DNA from: Lingula anatina | Taxonomy: Eukaryota; Animalia; Brachiopoda | Assembly: GCA_051362555.1 (NCBI GenBank) | Contig: CM120649.1 | Location: 3,472,001 to 3,536,000, forward strand | DNA length: 64,000 bases | Direction: 5' to 3' | Shown: positions 46,656-60,180 of the stretch, in pieces | How positions within the stretch are numbered: position 1 is the stretch's first letter | Layout: every line of letters begins with the position of its first letter | Program-made: the position numbers and the translations under genes | The notes under the pieces: generated by a model | The model's input: the letters and a program-made list of their open reading frames with translations, nothing else | What the model was told of the DNA's origin: nothing | Databases searched by the model: none

Positions 46656-48607
46656 ATGGTGATGCCAAGCGTTATCGTCTGCTTTCTCCTTTTGGGCGCT
46701 GCTGCTGCTGCTAATTTTCGGGAAGTCGACTTACTTCCTAGAGAAGAAGGTAGGATCATTTTGGAGTCTAGTGCAATTTAAAGAACAAAGGGGTGAATTT
46801 AAGGCGCAAAATCATAATCATCATAATTTGTGTTGGTTGCAATTTCGATATTTTTTTCGTAGTACAAGACTTTAAATTCACTTTTCTCATTTACGACAGA
46901 GAATGTACCTTAACTTGTACTTTTAATGTATATACATATATATATTTTTTTAATATGCTTAAACTGTAATGCACAATAATATTGGTATTGTGAAATTGTG
47001 TTTCTATAAAGTGAGAGCGAGATTTTTAAGGTTGCTAATGTTTATTATTAATTCGACGGACTTTTAATTTAAGTTTTCTTTATCGTAGGGTTTCTTTGCT
47101 ATTCCTGCAACTATGCTGCCTACGGCATAAGTAAGTACATGAATACACACGTTTCGTTTGGTTTATTATTCTTTTCTCATCTTGAAAAAGACAGATAAAC
47201 CTCAGAATGTACAATAAATAAATAAATAAGAACTAAAAAGTCATTTCTGATTTTAGTTGGATATTGCATGATGTAAATTTCATTTTTTCTTTATTATATT
47301 ATTTATTTACCAATTTATTTATTTTATTGTATCGTATTTTCATTTTATTATATACTGTATGTATAGTTTTGATATGCTTTGCCAGTTTAATATGGACGCT
47401 CCCTCAAGTAGATCTTGACTTTTTTACTATGTATGGTGACATTGAAGAATCTCAACAACAACATGTATTAAAATCGGAACACAGAATATGTATTAAAATC
47501 GGAACATATGGCATAATGCTTTGGTAAAGCAGGATATTTGGTAATTTTTGAAATTGTAGAAAGTAATATAGAATTAAAATTAGCTGGAAACCGATAAGTG
47601 CTGAAGTTGTGTGCAGTTTAAAGGTGGCAAGAGGTTAAGATAACATTTTCTGTCAGTATTCGGAATCGTTTTACTAGGGTAAAACGTTTTACTAAGGTTT
47701 TACGTTTACTAAATCCACTTGTTATAATCAAAATAACTCTAAAACGACTGACTCTGTTTTTGATTCTAAGTTTCACGGACTTCAAAAAAGTAACTAAGGA
47801 ACAAGGAGTATACAGAACTCTCGTTCAACCACGCGAGACGTCATTCAGGAATTCACATCTCGCGTGAGACGACGAAAACTCCACACGACTTCAGGTGTCA
47901 ATCCTTTACACGTTCATCTTCTTTTCCAGCAACTTATTTCAACACTTTCAAGGAGTGTTCCGACCCATACAGAAACAGTCACGTGGTGTCAACAGTAAGA
48001 TGTTCCACTGCTTGCTTCTCACGCCATGACAAGAACGGATGTAAGCAATACATTTTTATCTTTTCTTCAATATAATTTCAATTATGAATATATGTACATT
48101 TTCAATGCAGAAAAATTGCTAATCGAAATCACAGTTTATTAAAACAGAGGAAGGGTTTTGTGGAGGGGATAGGCACAAGGTACATTTAAAGGAATTTTAT
48201 TTACAGTGACAGTATAAATTTTCACGAGCGCTTTGGTGAATAAAAAGTTAAATTCGTCCGCGATTGGCATAAAAATGAGAACGCCAATTTTCTTCCAAAG
48301 GTCTATTTGTACACAAGGAACAGAACGTTTTTGAATAATTCAAGTCTTGCTCAGCCAGTTTCCTCATACTATCTTCACCGAAACTATTTCAGTTATCTAC
48401 CGAGGCTGTTTCGCTGGTAACCTGAACGTCGACGCCAGTCAAGATGGCTGCGGAAGCCAAGAAGGAGCCAACTGGTGCTTCTGTCGTGGCAACCTCTGCA
48501 ATGACGTCATCCCCCATGCCACCTGTCCTTTCAAGGGGATTGGTCACCGCCACAAGCGCTGTGTTTGTGAACCCCCCAGAATTGCTGGGGCAGCACCGGC
48601 GTGTTAG
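46656..48607 (+). CDS. Gene D: secreted Ly6/uPAR (three-finger) protein, 4 exons, paralogue of gene C
   Basis: Exons 46656-46749, 47089-47130, 47930-48040 and 48393-48607; signal peptide MVMPSVIVCFLLLGAAAA, FLCYSCNY...CSTACFSRHDKNG...IYRGC...WCFCRGNLCN. Confidence 0.88.
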
Positions 48608-48916
48608 ATTCAAGCATTGAAATTTGAGTTACATTCCCTCCGACATGGTTTTACCTTTTGTGCCGCGCGTAACGCCTGAGTGTCACTTAGTGTAAAAGAG
48701 TTGGAAGAGTTGGAAATTGGAATATAGATAAATAGAAAAAACCAATGTAGGCAAAATAATGGAGAGAAATGAATAAACTCTTAATCAAAGTATTTGCTTA
48801 TTTCTTTGTTTGTCTTAGTACTTGGTATAGTAAGTACATTTTTCTATCGTATCAAAATCCCTCGCCAATTTTTAAGGAAACATTATGTAAGACAATGACC
48901 TCAATAACCTTTCTCA

Positions 48917-48979
48917 GAGAGAGAGAGAGAGAGAGCTTGAGAGAGAGAGAGAGAGCTTGAGAGAGAGAGAGAGAGAGAG

Positions 48980-49066
<87 letters not shown>
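48917..49066. repeat. (GA)n microsatellite with interruptions
   Basis: Directly visible. Confidence 0.95.
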
Positions 49067-49069
<3 letters not shown>

Positions 49070-49714
49070 TTCATCAAAAGACAAAAAAATCTGCTGATCC
49101 AATACATTAAGCCAGACTGTAATCAACGGACAATCAACTTTTAAGGATAAAACCAACATACAGATATTATATTTATTGGAATTTTGTTAATTATCTTTTA
49201 ATGAATGTAGATGAATGTAGTCCATGGATTTTCCGTAGGTTAGTTTAAACTGTGTTTTCCTTCTCCGTTTTTTTTTTATTAACAATGGAACTATACACAC
49301 CCTTTTATTCTTCCTTAGAATGTAACTCACAGGAAGTACAGACTTGACATTTAATATGGAATATTTCAGTTTTAAAGGTATACCTAGGTAAAAATGCCTT
49401 CTTTTTTCAAAAAACTCAGATCTCACATAAGATATCTGACTGGAGAAGTATGAAGTCAGGTGTGTCGCTACCAATTAACTGACTACCAAGTCTGTTGCAC
49501 TGCTGCATTGTGTAATATGCAGTGATTTAATTGTCTGGTGCTCCTTTGGGCTGGTCAAAGCTTGGCTTTGATGAAGCATGGTTCTGTCAAAAAAGTATCC
49601 ATATGTCGGCAACTACTGTATCGAAGAATTTGAAATTTTGCATGCAAACGGTCTGTTTTGCAGTGCGTAAAATGAATTAAGCAGTGTTTTTTAAAATTGT
49701 TAAGCTGTGCCAGA

Positions 49715-50600
49715 ATGGCGCGAAAAAGACAGACATTGCCAGACAGATTATTGTGTCAAACGGAATGGTCTGCACAATCTTATAGGGTTATGCCCAGACT
49801 GATGCACCTACACAGAGACCACGCCCAATGTATCGACATCTTACCACCAGGTTACAGGACTCACTGTCCTTCAGGATATGCTGCTGCAATTAAACAGAAA
49901 CCATCCACTCCGTTTTGAATGAGGGGCAAATTGTCACCAAAACGCGTTTTTTCAAGGCTCTTAGCGAACACCAAAATGGTTTCAGCAGGTTAGGATATCA
50001 GGCGACCTCTGAGGAAGCCACTGTAAACAGCTAAACAGCGTAGTCTGTTTCTCTAATGAATTGGGGACCCTGACCATTTTTGGGTAGAACACTGAAATCG
50101 CGTGCCTTTCTTTATTGAAGTCAGATTTCACCCGTACCGCTAAAATGGTCAAAACAGAGTTTACAGACATCCTGAAGAGGCCTACGACAAGACGTGTGCC
50201 ACTTTTTAAGTGACTAGGGTCATTGGAAGCATCACTATTTGGAGTGGATACCACATTGGTGCCAAAACACTAATGGAAGTCATCGATGAAAACCTGAACC
50301 AGATCAAATAGAGGAATTCTCTGGGAACCACTTGACCATCATTTGATAGGGGGCACCTTAGGAACAATTTTAGGTTGCACGATGAGATTGCCGGTTCACA
50401 CAGAGCACTTTTAATAGCAGATAACTTACAGAACCAAGGGAATGAGCAGCTACCTTGGTCATCAAAATCGCCGTATTTGAACCACAGAGACAATATGTGG
50501 CTAGGTCATTACTCGCTGTATCAACGGCCTGTATGTCCTACAACAAAACTGAACCAAACTGGCCAAGTCTTAACCGTTGCCTGAAATTTTATTCCAGATT
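49715..50600 (+). mobile_element. Decayed Tc1/mariner transposase remnant
   Basis: HDEIAGSHRA...LPWSSKSPYLNHRDNMW resembles the Tc1 QDNA..H...LPWP..SPDLNPIEN.W motif; many stops and frameshifts; boundaries approximate. Confidence 0.7.
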
Positions 50601-51909
50601 AAACTCTAAAACCCATTCTAAGGAATGCCTTGTCGCTTGAAAGCTCTGGTAGCGGCAAGATGAGGTCCGACGTAACAGCGACCACTGCTGTGACTAGACA
50701 CCCACACGAGGGGCCTTTGTGGGGCGTGTAACTCTTTTAAAGACGATAATTAGGAAAATATGGAGATCGAAAATATCGCTTTCAATGGTTGTCGTATGAC
50801 TTAAAATAGGCAATGTATTTTTGTTTGCTTCACTGGCGAATTCAATTAATGGACTCATGTCACAATAACATCGAACAGATTATCAAAAGTTTTTAAAACA
50901 CGATTTTAATCCTTATTTTCATTTATCAGTCAGCAAAATAGGAAAAAAACTGATTAATTATGATTTGGAAAAAATATTCCATATTAAATGTCAAGTCTGT
51001 AAATTGAAATTGTTACATGTTCTGTCATCAGAAATGAAATGCGCGTGCGACAAACGCTTAATGCTAATTTGAGTGACATATACTTCGTAACTTCAAATTT
51101 ATCAAACGGAGCTTGTAAACAATGGAGTTTTATAAAAGATGAATCGGGAATATTCAACTAGTAGACTAAATTGTCAGAGATGATCACCTGAAAGAAGTTT
51201 AAGTAACGTCCTCACGAACGCCAAAACGCCAAATTCAATCAAAATTTAATGCTATAACAAGGAAGAGATGAGAGATAACCTTCACCAAAAAGCGTAAAAA
51301 CCAACATGCATAACCCTTCATTTATTGATGTCATTCAAAATTAAATAGTAAAAAAAATGAAAGGCATCATTGAAATAATATCGCACCTTGTAAATAAGTC
51401 ATCTATTTTCAACAGGAAAAATTATTTTTAAACCAGTGGTCATACATTATTTGAGTACACGACGCTGCGCCTTTTTCGCGCCGTCTTTGTGGGTCCACTG
51501 AGAATTTTACGGCATAATTTGAGGAGATAAAACAATCCCTGAAGAGCCGCGTGTACCAAAACACAAAGCCACACAAGCTATGTCGGTGTTATGATTCTGC
51601 TGTGTTCAGACAGTCCCATTCCATTGATGCTGCCTTCTCTATGTGAGACCCCATCATCATGGACATTGTAAAAGATTGGTTTAGGGTAGTGAAAAAAGCC
51701 ATGAGAGTAGAACAGCCGAACATTAACAAACGGTGGAGGGGGGTGGGCGGGGAAGGGGGGTCCAAATATCCGTGCCAGGTCATGGGACAGGGTGATCAAA
51801 GCTGTTCAGCGCAGATTATTTAACGAGACTGAGAATAGTTCTAAATGCATTCTTTATTTGATCCAGTGTAATAGCGGGACGGCTATTTCGAATAATGTAA
51901 GTCCAAGTC

Positions 51910-52696
51910 CCGGTGTAACAGGAATGGAAGTCCCACTAGGAACCGTAGTCCGTAGTCCGTAGTTACTTTGCACAGGTGACATTCGTACTATATACTAACC
52001 CCAATACTCCAACTAACCCTAACCCAGTGGCGGATTTAGAGGGGGGGGGGGGGGTCAAGGGGGTCCTGCCCCCCCCTTCCCGCCTTTCGGTTTCTGAAAA
52101 ATATATCATACCAATATTTCTCTCTTGAAATTAGAATTTTGACTAGCTAAATCATAGTTCTAAACCGCACCAAAGGGCACTGTTTGCTCTCCAAAACACA
52201 GAGCGATGTTGTATTGATCACACATTTTTTTTACTTTGATACCATTCTTTCTAAATATTATGTAGGCTTTAAAAGACAGAGGTTCGTTGAAAGATTACAT
52301 GATTACATGGCCATTTTAACACTTTTTCCCGAAAATGATATATTGGAAAATGGTCTTTGCCTACTGTTTTTTTTCTGTTTTTTAAGAACGAAAGCCTGCA
52401 ATCAGTGGCAGATTTAGTGGGGGTTCTGAAAAAAAATCACATCAATGGTCCCCTCTTGAAATTTGAATTTTGACTAGCTGAATCATAGTTCTCAACCGTA
52501 CCAAATAGCACCGTTCGCCCTTTACTAAATTTTGGGGGGCACTTCAGCGGGCCCCGAACCCCACGCCAAGGGGGGGGGGGGGCTTCGCATCCGCGGACCC
52601 CCCTTCTGATAATCCTGGATCCGCCCCTGCTAACCTGTACTTATCATATGGGAGCCCCGACTTCCATTCCCAGGACTTCTATTCCTGTTACACCGG
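51910..52696. mobile_element. Non-autonomous element with inverted ends ccggtgtaacaggaat(g/a)gaagtcc
   Basis: Inverted termini are visible; a related end occurs near 63626. Confidence 0.7.
52025..52629. mobile_element. hAT-like MITE (CAGTGGCGGAT...ATCCGCCCCTG) nested in the previous element, 6-bp duplication CTAACC
   Basis: ctaacc at 52019-52024 and 52630-52635; partial internal copy of the left end near 52402. Confidence 0.72.
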
Positions 52697-53244
52697 CTTA
52701 GATTTAAAGAATAATTCATTGTCTTTACATGCTTTGTTTTTCTCCAAGGCAAGATATATCGTGGAGCAATCATGTGTAAAGGGAACTTTTGCGACTTAGC
52801 TAAAACTGTTTCTGAACTTGGACATCCGACTTCCGTCTACATAAAGTCGACTAAGCTATGCTACTAACAATTGACGCACAGTGAATAAAACAGACATTTC
52901 TTAGTGGGCTATTGTCGTTCCTTGGAGTACAAAAATAGTTAGGACAATCACAATCGGGTAAAGTAAAAAGACCAATGACAAAAACGATTAAAGAAGTATT
53001 TATTCTTGATGAAATGCAACTTAGTCGGCTAAGATCCCAAGCTTTCTTGGCTAAGACCGATTCCCACACTTTCCCGCGCTTTAAACGTATAAGCAGACTC
53101 CAAGGCTAAGTCCAAGTCCCAACTACTGCTAACAATAACACTCAAAAGTCTAACACGTCCTTTTACGTTGACCCTTAACGGCGAAGACGATGACGACAAT
53201 GATGATAACCATGAAATTAATGATCAAATTCTCTAAACAATTCT

Positions 53245-56200
53245 TTATATAGATATCAAAATATGTGTGTAGAGTTTTTCGTCCGTCACTGCTTCCACGT
53301 GATATGGTATGGTGGACACGCCGTCGGAACTTTTTTTGCGTTTTGCGCTTTTCAACAGTGCCATTCTTGAAGTGAAAACGAAAAAAAAAAAAACATGGAT
53401 TATCTCAATAAGTATATCTATAATTGATTATTTACTTAAAATGTTCAGTGTACACTCTGCTTATACAGCGGCAGATGTAATTTTTTCCACTTCCATATAC
53501 AGATAGATAATTAAGGATAGAGGAATATATTATTTGATATTGCGCTGACCCATATATATACTCCACCCTGAGAACCAGAGGCAGATCAATGACTTGTCAA
53601 AGCAAAGTACAATAGTCTGTTATGGCTGATATGCAGGGTGCTATACCACCCATTGAAAACAAGCCTGCCAAGATTACTTCCCTTTACTCAATATAAGAAA
53701 ATTACAAGAAAAACAACGAAGAAATAATTATCTGTCACTCATTTAATTGACTGATCTACTCATACAGAAATTAATCAATTGACTACAGTTAAGAAGCAGA
53801 CAGTTAAGTCATAGTCTTGGGTCTCACCTGCGAGGATTTTTATCCCTGTTTGCGTGGGTTAAAGATGTATATCGTCCCAGCGCGGGATCCACGCGCTCAA
53901 ATCCCAACACGGATGCTTTTAGCCTGGAATGAGAATTTCGCCTTTAAGGAACTTGACAAATGTGAATATTATAGTTTTTACAACTGCATTTAAAGTATGT
54001 ACAACAAAGAGTAGGACTGAAATTTTCAATTTTTATGCTAAAGAATTTTTTCACTTCAGTGATCAGATATTTTGGTTGTACTATAATTTCTTCACAACAA
54101 AAGCAAAAATAAGTTTTTAGCTTTCTTATTTAATTTACATATCTATTTAATTATCTGTCTCTTTTTCACTTTAATATTGAGCCTAATCCCTGGCACCGAA
54201 ATATTTGCGAGAAAAGACTTGAAGAAGTTTCTGGTGACGTAAGCTGACAAAAAATACATATATATTTCAAATATTAAAAAAATTAATTTACAAATAAAAA
54301 ACTTAAAAAATTAGTAATAATAATAAAAAGTTGGGTTCAACTGACCTCAGGGCCATGTCGTCGTCCTCTCCGCCCCACCCCCAGTACTCGTTGGAGTAAC
54401 CGTTGACCTTCAGAAAATGTTCACGGGGAAATTTTAGCACACCACCAACAAGTGACTTGTACAGGGTTCTGGGATATGGAAAGAAAAGAAATAAGCTAGT
54501 CAACGTATGATATACAAGTGTAATGGAATTATCTTTAACGTGAGATGAAACCTTTTAAAATTGAAAATGTAAAGCGAGATATAGCAATACGAATAAAACT
54601 GCATTACTGCATTTACTATAGGTATACAACAAACGTACTTGTAAATGTATTAGCCACATAATGGTTGAGAGGGGAATGGGATGTGAGAAAGATATGGAAC
54701 GAGAGACAGAGACAGAAAGAGAGAGAGTGAGAGTGAGAGTGTGAAAGAGAGAATGGGAGAGAGTGGTTCTTATTCTGTATCATTCATAGATGATAAATTC
54801 ATCAAAATAGAGAACAGATATAAAATATTAGATATATTAAAATAACACATGCGAAATATGTATTTAATCCAAAGGTACTTCACAGTCATCAACATATTTC
54901 GTTTAAATATCTACAATGAATAAGTTTTTCCTCAGTCATATCACAGTCTTCAAAACAGAAAGAAAGATGAAATAAGAAGAAAACAACAGCCATCGAATTT
55001 TTAATTTCCGTTTTAAAGGAATTAGAAAAATATATCAAAATATTTTTTTTACTTTAAGATGACCGGATTACTCCACTCTCACTCTCAAAGGCCGAGAAGT
55101 AACTCTCTTTAATACCAGTATACTTTCGTACTCTGTGGGCACGTTCACAATGGCATTATCGTTCTATGTAGATCGATCCAACTCTGCCGGGACTCTCGCC
55201 GAATGCAATCAGCTTTAGGATGTGAATGTCTTACGCCTGCTTCTCCAGAAGGCGTGTCATTCGGTTATGATTACATTCAGCGAGAGTCCCTGCAAAGTAG
55301 AACGAAGAACGATAGTTTCACTGTGAGCGTGCCCTGAGATATTGGGTACCTGAACGATAGGCTGAAAGAAACCAAACTGAAACAAACAAAAAAACAACTA
55401 TACACACTTGTACTTATCTTGACTCGGAGCAGACGACATATGAAGAGGAGTGTCATGACAGCCGTAACTGTTCCGATCGTCTTCCGGCACTAGATCCACG
55501 TCATGGAAGATGACGCACTGGAAGTCGAACAATTTGGCGGCTTCGAGATATCCAGCGTTCATGACGCGACCCTTGTTCCAAGTGCCTACACCTGCCTGAT
55601 ACATGTAAATATATAATTTGATTTAGTTATTTTTATAATGGTAATCATAATATAATATTTTCCTGAAAATGTCAGCACTTTTTCCCCAAATCACCTACGC
55701 ATACCATATCCAAAAGTGATCACAGGCGTACAATACATATACACGCTTTCCCATATTGAAGTTTGTAGGTTTTTTGTCTCTTTTTGAATGAAAGGAGAGA
55801 ATGATGATTTCACTCGAATAGGCAAAAAAATTCATAACTTGAAATAGATGCAAACACAATCAAGAATAACAAACTGTGTTTACACAGGATAAACCTGACT
55901 TGAATAGAAAACTCGTTTACCTGTTCCACTAAAAAGATTCAGTAGTGTAACTGTTGTCGCTGCAAGAAAGGGTGAAGATAGCGTAACAACACGGAAAGGT
56001 GATGTCTGCGGTTACGATACGGGATGATGATGGCAACTCGGTGGCTGAAAAAGAAAATGAACATATTTTTTTCAATCAAAAGCGAAACTATAACAGATAA
56101 ACAGCGCAATAGCACGGGTGGATGTCACATAGGCTACACCTTGGTAACGAGCGGTGTACATGACATTTAGGCCTACCAAGAGGGCTCTCGTGAAAAATAT

Positions 56201-57031
56201 ACACACCCTACTCTCTGATATCACAGTGGTCTCCAGTGCATCTCTGAAGAAGAGATTTGACAGTTCTATATGAGGCTACTAGCGACACCTGTGGTCAAAC
56301 AGTAGACTGACCGCGTCTATATGCGTGACAGCTGTAAACAGCTTCTGCATGGGCCTGGGTGTTTTCTTTGCTTTTTTCTATTCTTCGTTGTAACGAAGAT
56401 AGATAAAGATAGAACTAATTAAAGGCACACTAATGAGTTTGAAAATCCCCAAAATGCTTATTTTTGCCACCCAGAAGTTCTTATAAAACCTTATATACAC
56501 GTTGAAAAGTTATGAAGAGACATGAAATTTCATTTCGGTTTGCTTTAACGAATTGCTTTAGATTTCCCTGTGAACTCTGTAAACAAAAATAAATAAATAA
56601 ATAAAAAGATGGCGCCGTACGTAAATCAGTTTAAACGAAGACTACCAAAGAATAAGTCGACAAAGTTGGATTTCGAAAAGACCACATAGCAAATTGTGCT
56701 TACCCTAGACCAAGTGGTAAAAATATACCTCGACATTTATACTGGACAATCGTTCTAAATGCTGATATTCTAAAGTTGACATTATTAGCCAGTACAAGGT
56801 AATCTCAGTAGGAAAAGCCAAGCTAAAATATCAAAGTATGTCTCTGCTTCGAAATAGACTACGATGGGCACTGGTCCATATCAAACTTAAGATAATTTAA
56901 TCGTTAAACTGGCCCCCAGTACTAGACTGAAGACATACTGTACTGTGAGCGAAAGACCCGTATGTGGCAACTGCCTTGAAATTTCAACTTTCCCCTTTAT
57001 CGCCAAGGCCCACCATGTTTACCAGTTATAC

Positions 57032-57089
<58 letters not shown>

Positions 57090-58945
57090 CAAACAAATAA
57101 ATAAATAAATAAATAATAGGCTGAGACCATTACTATCCAAAACCCCGTTTTCGGGTTCTAAAAGAATTATATTTTTACTATCACTAGTGAAATCTACCAA
57201 TTTTCATAAACTAAAGGATAATGACTCAAAAACTCGAATCAAAAAACTAAAAAAACGAACTTCGATTTCTCAAATCTGTGCAAGATTTGGTACCATAATA
57301 CCTTGGTGATTGGCGGCAAAATGTAGAGATTTCTAAAAGAAAAAAATTGAATAAAAATTAAAGTCTAACGCCCTCTGCAGGCCTATAAGTGTACCTTGAT
57401 TTGCAGTCTGTCGGTTGCCATTTTCCCCAAGTCATGGCAGGCATAGCGTGTTTTATGTCCTCTAGAGTACTTGTAACGTTAAAGTCTATGGTAATGCGAC
57501 CAACTGAAATAAATAAAACATGGGAATAATTAAAGACATACACTTTGTGCAGGAGCTTGATAAAACAAAATAGATTCCCCTTGAACATAAAGGGGCGTCA
57601 TTTCCAGAACCGCTGAGACATACTCGTTTATAAACTAGATAGCGTGTTCCCTATTCCTAATTTTACAATGAAATTCACCATTCTCTTTATTGCGGGAGTG
57701 TCTAAATGAGCTTGGAGTCTGTGAACAGATTTGTACATTGTTTTCCGTGACATTCACATTTTTCTTAAAAATAAAAAAAATCTGTTATAAAAATATCAAA
57801 CCTGGTGTGTCTTTAAACAAGGGGAAACGAGTTAATGTGGGAAAATGATTACATTTAGCGACAGCCCTCGCTGCATTGGAGCGATCTACGTAGACCGATA
57901 GTATTAATGGGAATGAGCCCTTAGTAAAACTGTTAGGGGGTAATTATCTTTACCCCCTAAATTCCATTTAAGCCGGTTAGTTGATAGCAATTTAGTGAGA
58001 CTCCCCAGGGAGTTAGACCGATCCAGATGGATAGATCTAGGCATGGAAACCCAGTCTTGGAACTTTTCAACACTGTCGTCCGTCACAAATGTTTTCATGT
58101 TGACTTGGCCGTACAAATTAAGGTAGGATTACAAGGAGTGATTGTGTACACTACAACTAATCGAAACTTGTAAACTGATATTCTAATTGGGACTTAAAAC
58201 ACATAAAAATATGATTAAAACAACACCATCATCAGCTTTAAAAAAGCGGAATTTCAGTAATATACCCGGGAGCTGAAAACGATGGCGATATACGTCATGG
58301 GTGCCATTCATTACGGCCATGTTAAATACAATGTTTTTTCTATGAATGAATACAGCGGAGCGTCCATTGTGCATTGATCTTTTTTCAAAAATTATTCGGG
58401 TCAAAAGTTCACCGTCTAAAACTATAAGGAAGTTAAAGTACACAGTTAAAACTTGTTATCAATGAACGTTGGTGGAATCTGGGGAACATTATTGCTTAAA
58501 ATCAGATCTCCAATTTCAGAGAGCACCTTTTCACTCATTCACAAATTCCATGTTTTCCTCACTCCCCTCTCTCTCTCCAACTTTTTTTTAGTTCACACCA
58601 TTTTTCTACCTCTTTTTTATCTTTCAGATATTAAAGTTAACCACTCACAATTAAGCAACATAACTCACCGAGCGTGTGCGGATAAGCAAGACAGGGTTCT
58701 TGAGATTCCTCCAATTCTTCAAGATTACCAGTCCTCTTTCCTCTCCTAGCGTTGTATACCGGCGCAGACTTTACTTTCCCATCTTCACACTCACGAGATG
58801 GCCTCGATAATTTTGCCAAATAAAACACATTAAGTACTACCTGGAAAACGACCAACCCGACCAGAACATGGACCACATTCACATGCATATTTCCTCGCTC
58901 TTTATGAATTGTAACAGGCCAGAGATTTTTACTAATTCTGCGCAT
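53245..58945 (-). CDS. Glycosyltransferase family 7 gene (beta-1,4-galactosyl/N-acetylgalactosaminyltransferase, bre-4-like), 7 coding exons, in-frame TGA at 55939-55941
   Basis: Exons 58669-58945, 57395-57503, 55921-56044, 55408-55595, 54346-54468, 53828-53923 and 53245-53365; type II TM segment, VAIIIPYRNR, NKGRVMN, FHDVDL, NGYSNEYWGWGGEDDD, DGV. Confidence 0.92.
57033..57085. repeat. (AAT)n microsatellite
   Basis: Directly visible. Confidence 0.95.
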
Positions 58946-59928
58946 TGTTGGTGCCGCCCCAGTATGAATTAACGGGGAGGAGAATATACGGGATCCGTCT
59001 TCGAGCTTCAGTGTCCGTAATACCAGTGCAGTCTCACGTCCGTTATTCTAGCTGCTGTTCAATAAATGGCGGCACTTCTTAATAACGCAAACGATCCTGA
59101 AAATGAGGTTTATTGATTGAATAAAAAAACTCAATTCAGTTTACAAAGTGGCGGGTAAGACTTTCCTGTGTCATTTTTGGGGTCATCTAAATGCTTAACA
59201 AGACGTTTAGAGATGGCAAAATGTATAGAGTAACCCGGAGTCGTTTAACTCTCTGCCCTTCCTATGGCAGTCTCGTCCTAACAAGACATTTAGCGAGTAC
59301 GAAATGAATGGAGTAACCCGTTTCATCTGACGTGTTTGGATGTTTAGGGAATTCTCTAGACGAGATGGCAAAAAAAAAGAAAAAACAATAACATAAGCCA
59401 TCCATTTTAAAACAAGTTACCTTAACAGAGACAAACTATTCAATGGGACTGTAATCAGAATTTTCCAAATTTGCTTTGAATTAAATGAAAAGTAACTTAC
59501 AGCTCAGTATTGGCCTATAACAACTTACTACCCAGTAGTAACGTCACGCACGAAAAATATTTATATTTTCCGTTCGTCATTCCCATGCTAAATAATTGTT
59601 GTAAGATACGTTATTCACTAATACATGTAAAAATAAGCTCAATATTGGTCTATAACAACTTACTAGTAAAACCATGCACGAACGCTTGCCCCGAACCTTT
59701 GCCTCAAAGTATGTTATTCCATGTGGATTTTCCTTTTTGTTGAAATATAGGCCTATTTTGTCTGTACAGAGCATGGAGTAATATATCGTTCACGATATAT
59801 TTTCATGGTACAGAGAGTTAATAAAAGTCCCACTGCGTGACTGCCTCTGGGACATTTTCACAGACTATATAGAATTACGTTAACTTACGTGGAATGAATC
59901 ACTGTTTGTGTTTTGAAGTCCAGACAGC

Positions 59929-60040
59929 TGATCTGAGAGAAGATCTGAGAGAAGAGATCCTGATCTCAGAGAAAATCTGAGAGAAGAGAGCGCTGATCTG
60001 AGAGAAAATCTGAGAGAAGAGAGCGCTGATCTCAGAGAAG
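59929..60040. repeat. Minisatellite of gatctgagagaa-like units
   Basis: Directly visible. Confidence 0.85.
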
Positions 60041-60109
60041 CACGGCCTTGCGACTTCCTTAATTTTACATATACACACGCCTTACCATTACTCATGCAGA
60101 ATTTGAATA

Positions 60110-60112
<3 letters not shown>

Positions 60113-60155
<43 letters not shown>

Positions 60156-60180
60156 TGAGAGAGAGAGAGAGAGAGAGAAA
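60113..60180. repeat. (GT)n(GA)n compound microsatellite
   Basis: Directly visible. Confidence 0.95.

Noticed and set aside
48769-49159. SL/RE-repeat ORFs
   Set aside because: Translations of the (GA)n microsatellite.
51578-51799. Minus-strand ORF as the last exon of the glycosyltransferase
   Set aside because: The true terminal exon, with the correct phase and DGV...Y...LYTHI motif, is at 53245-53365.
55939-55941. Selenocysteine recoding of the TGA in the GT7 gene
   Set aside because: The position is not a conserved Cys in GT7 enzymes and I could not identify a SECIS element.
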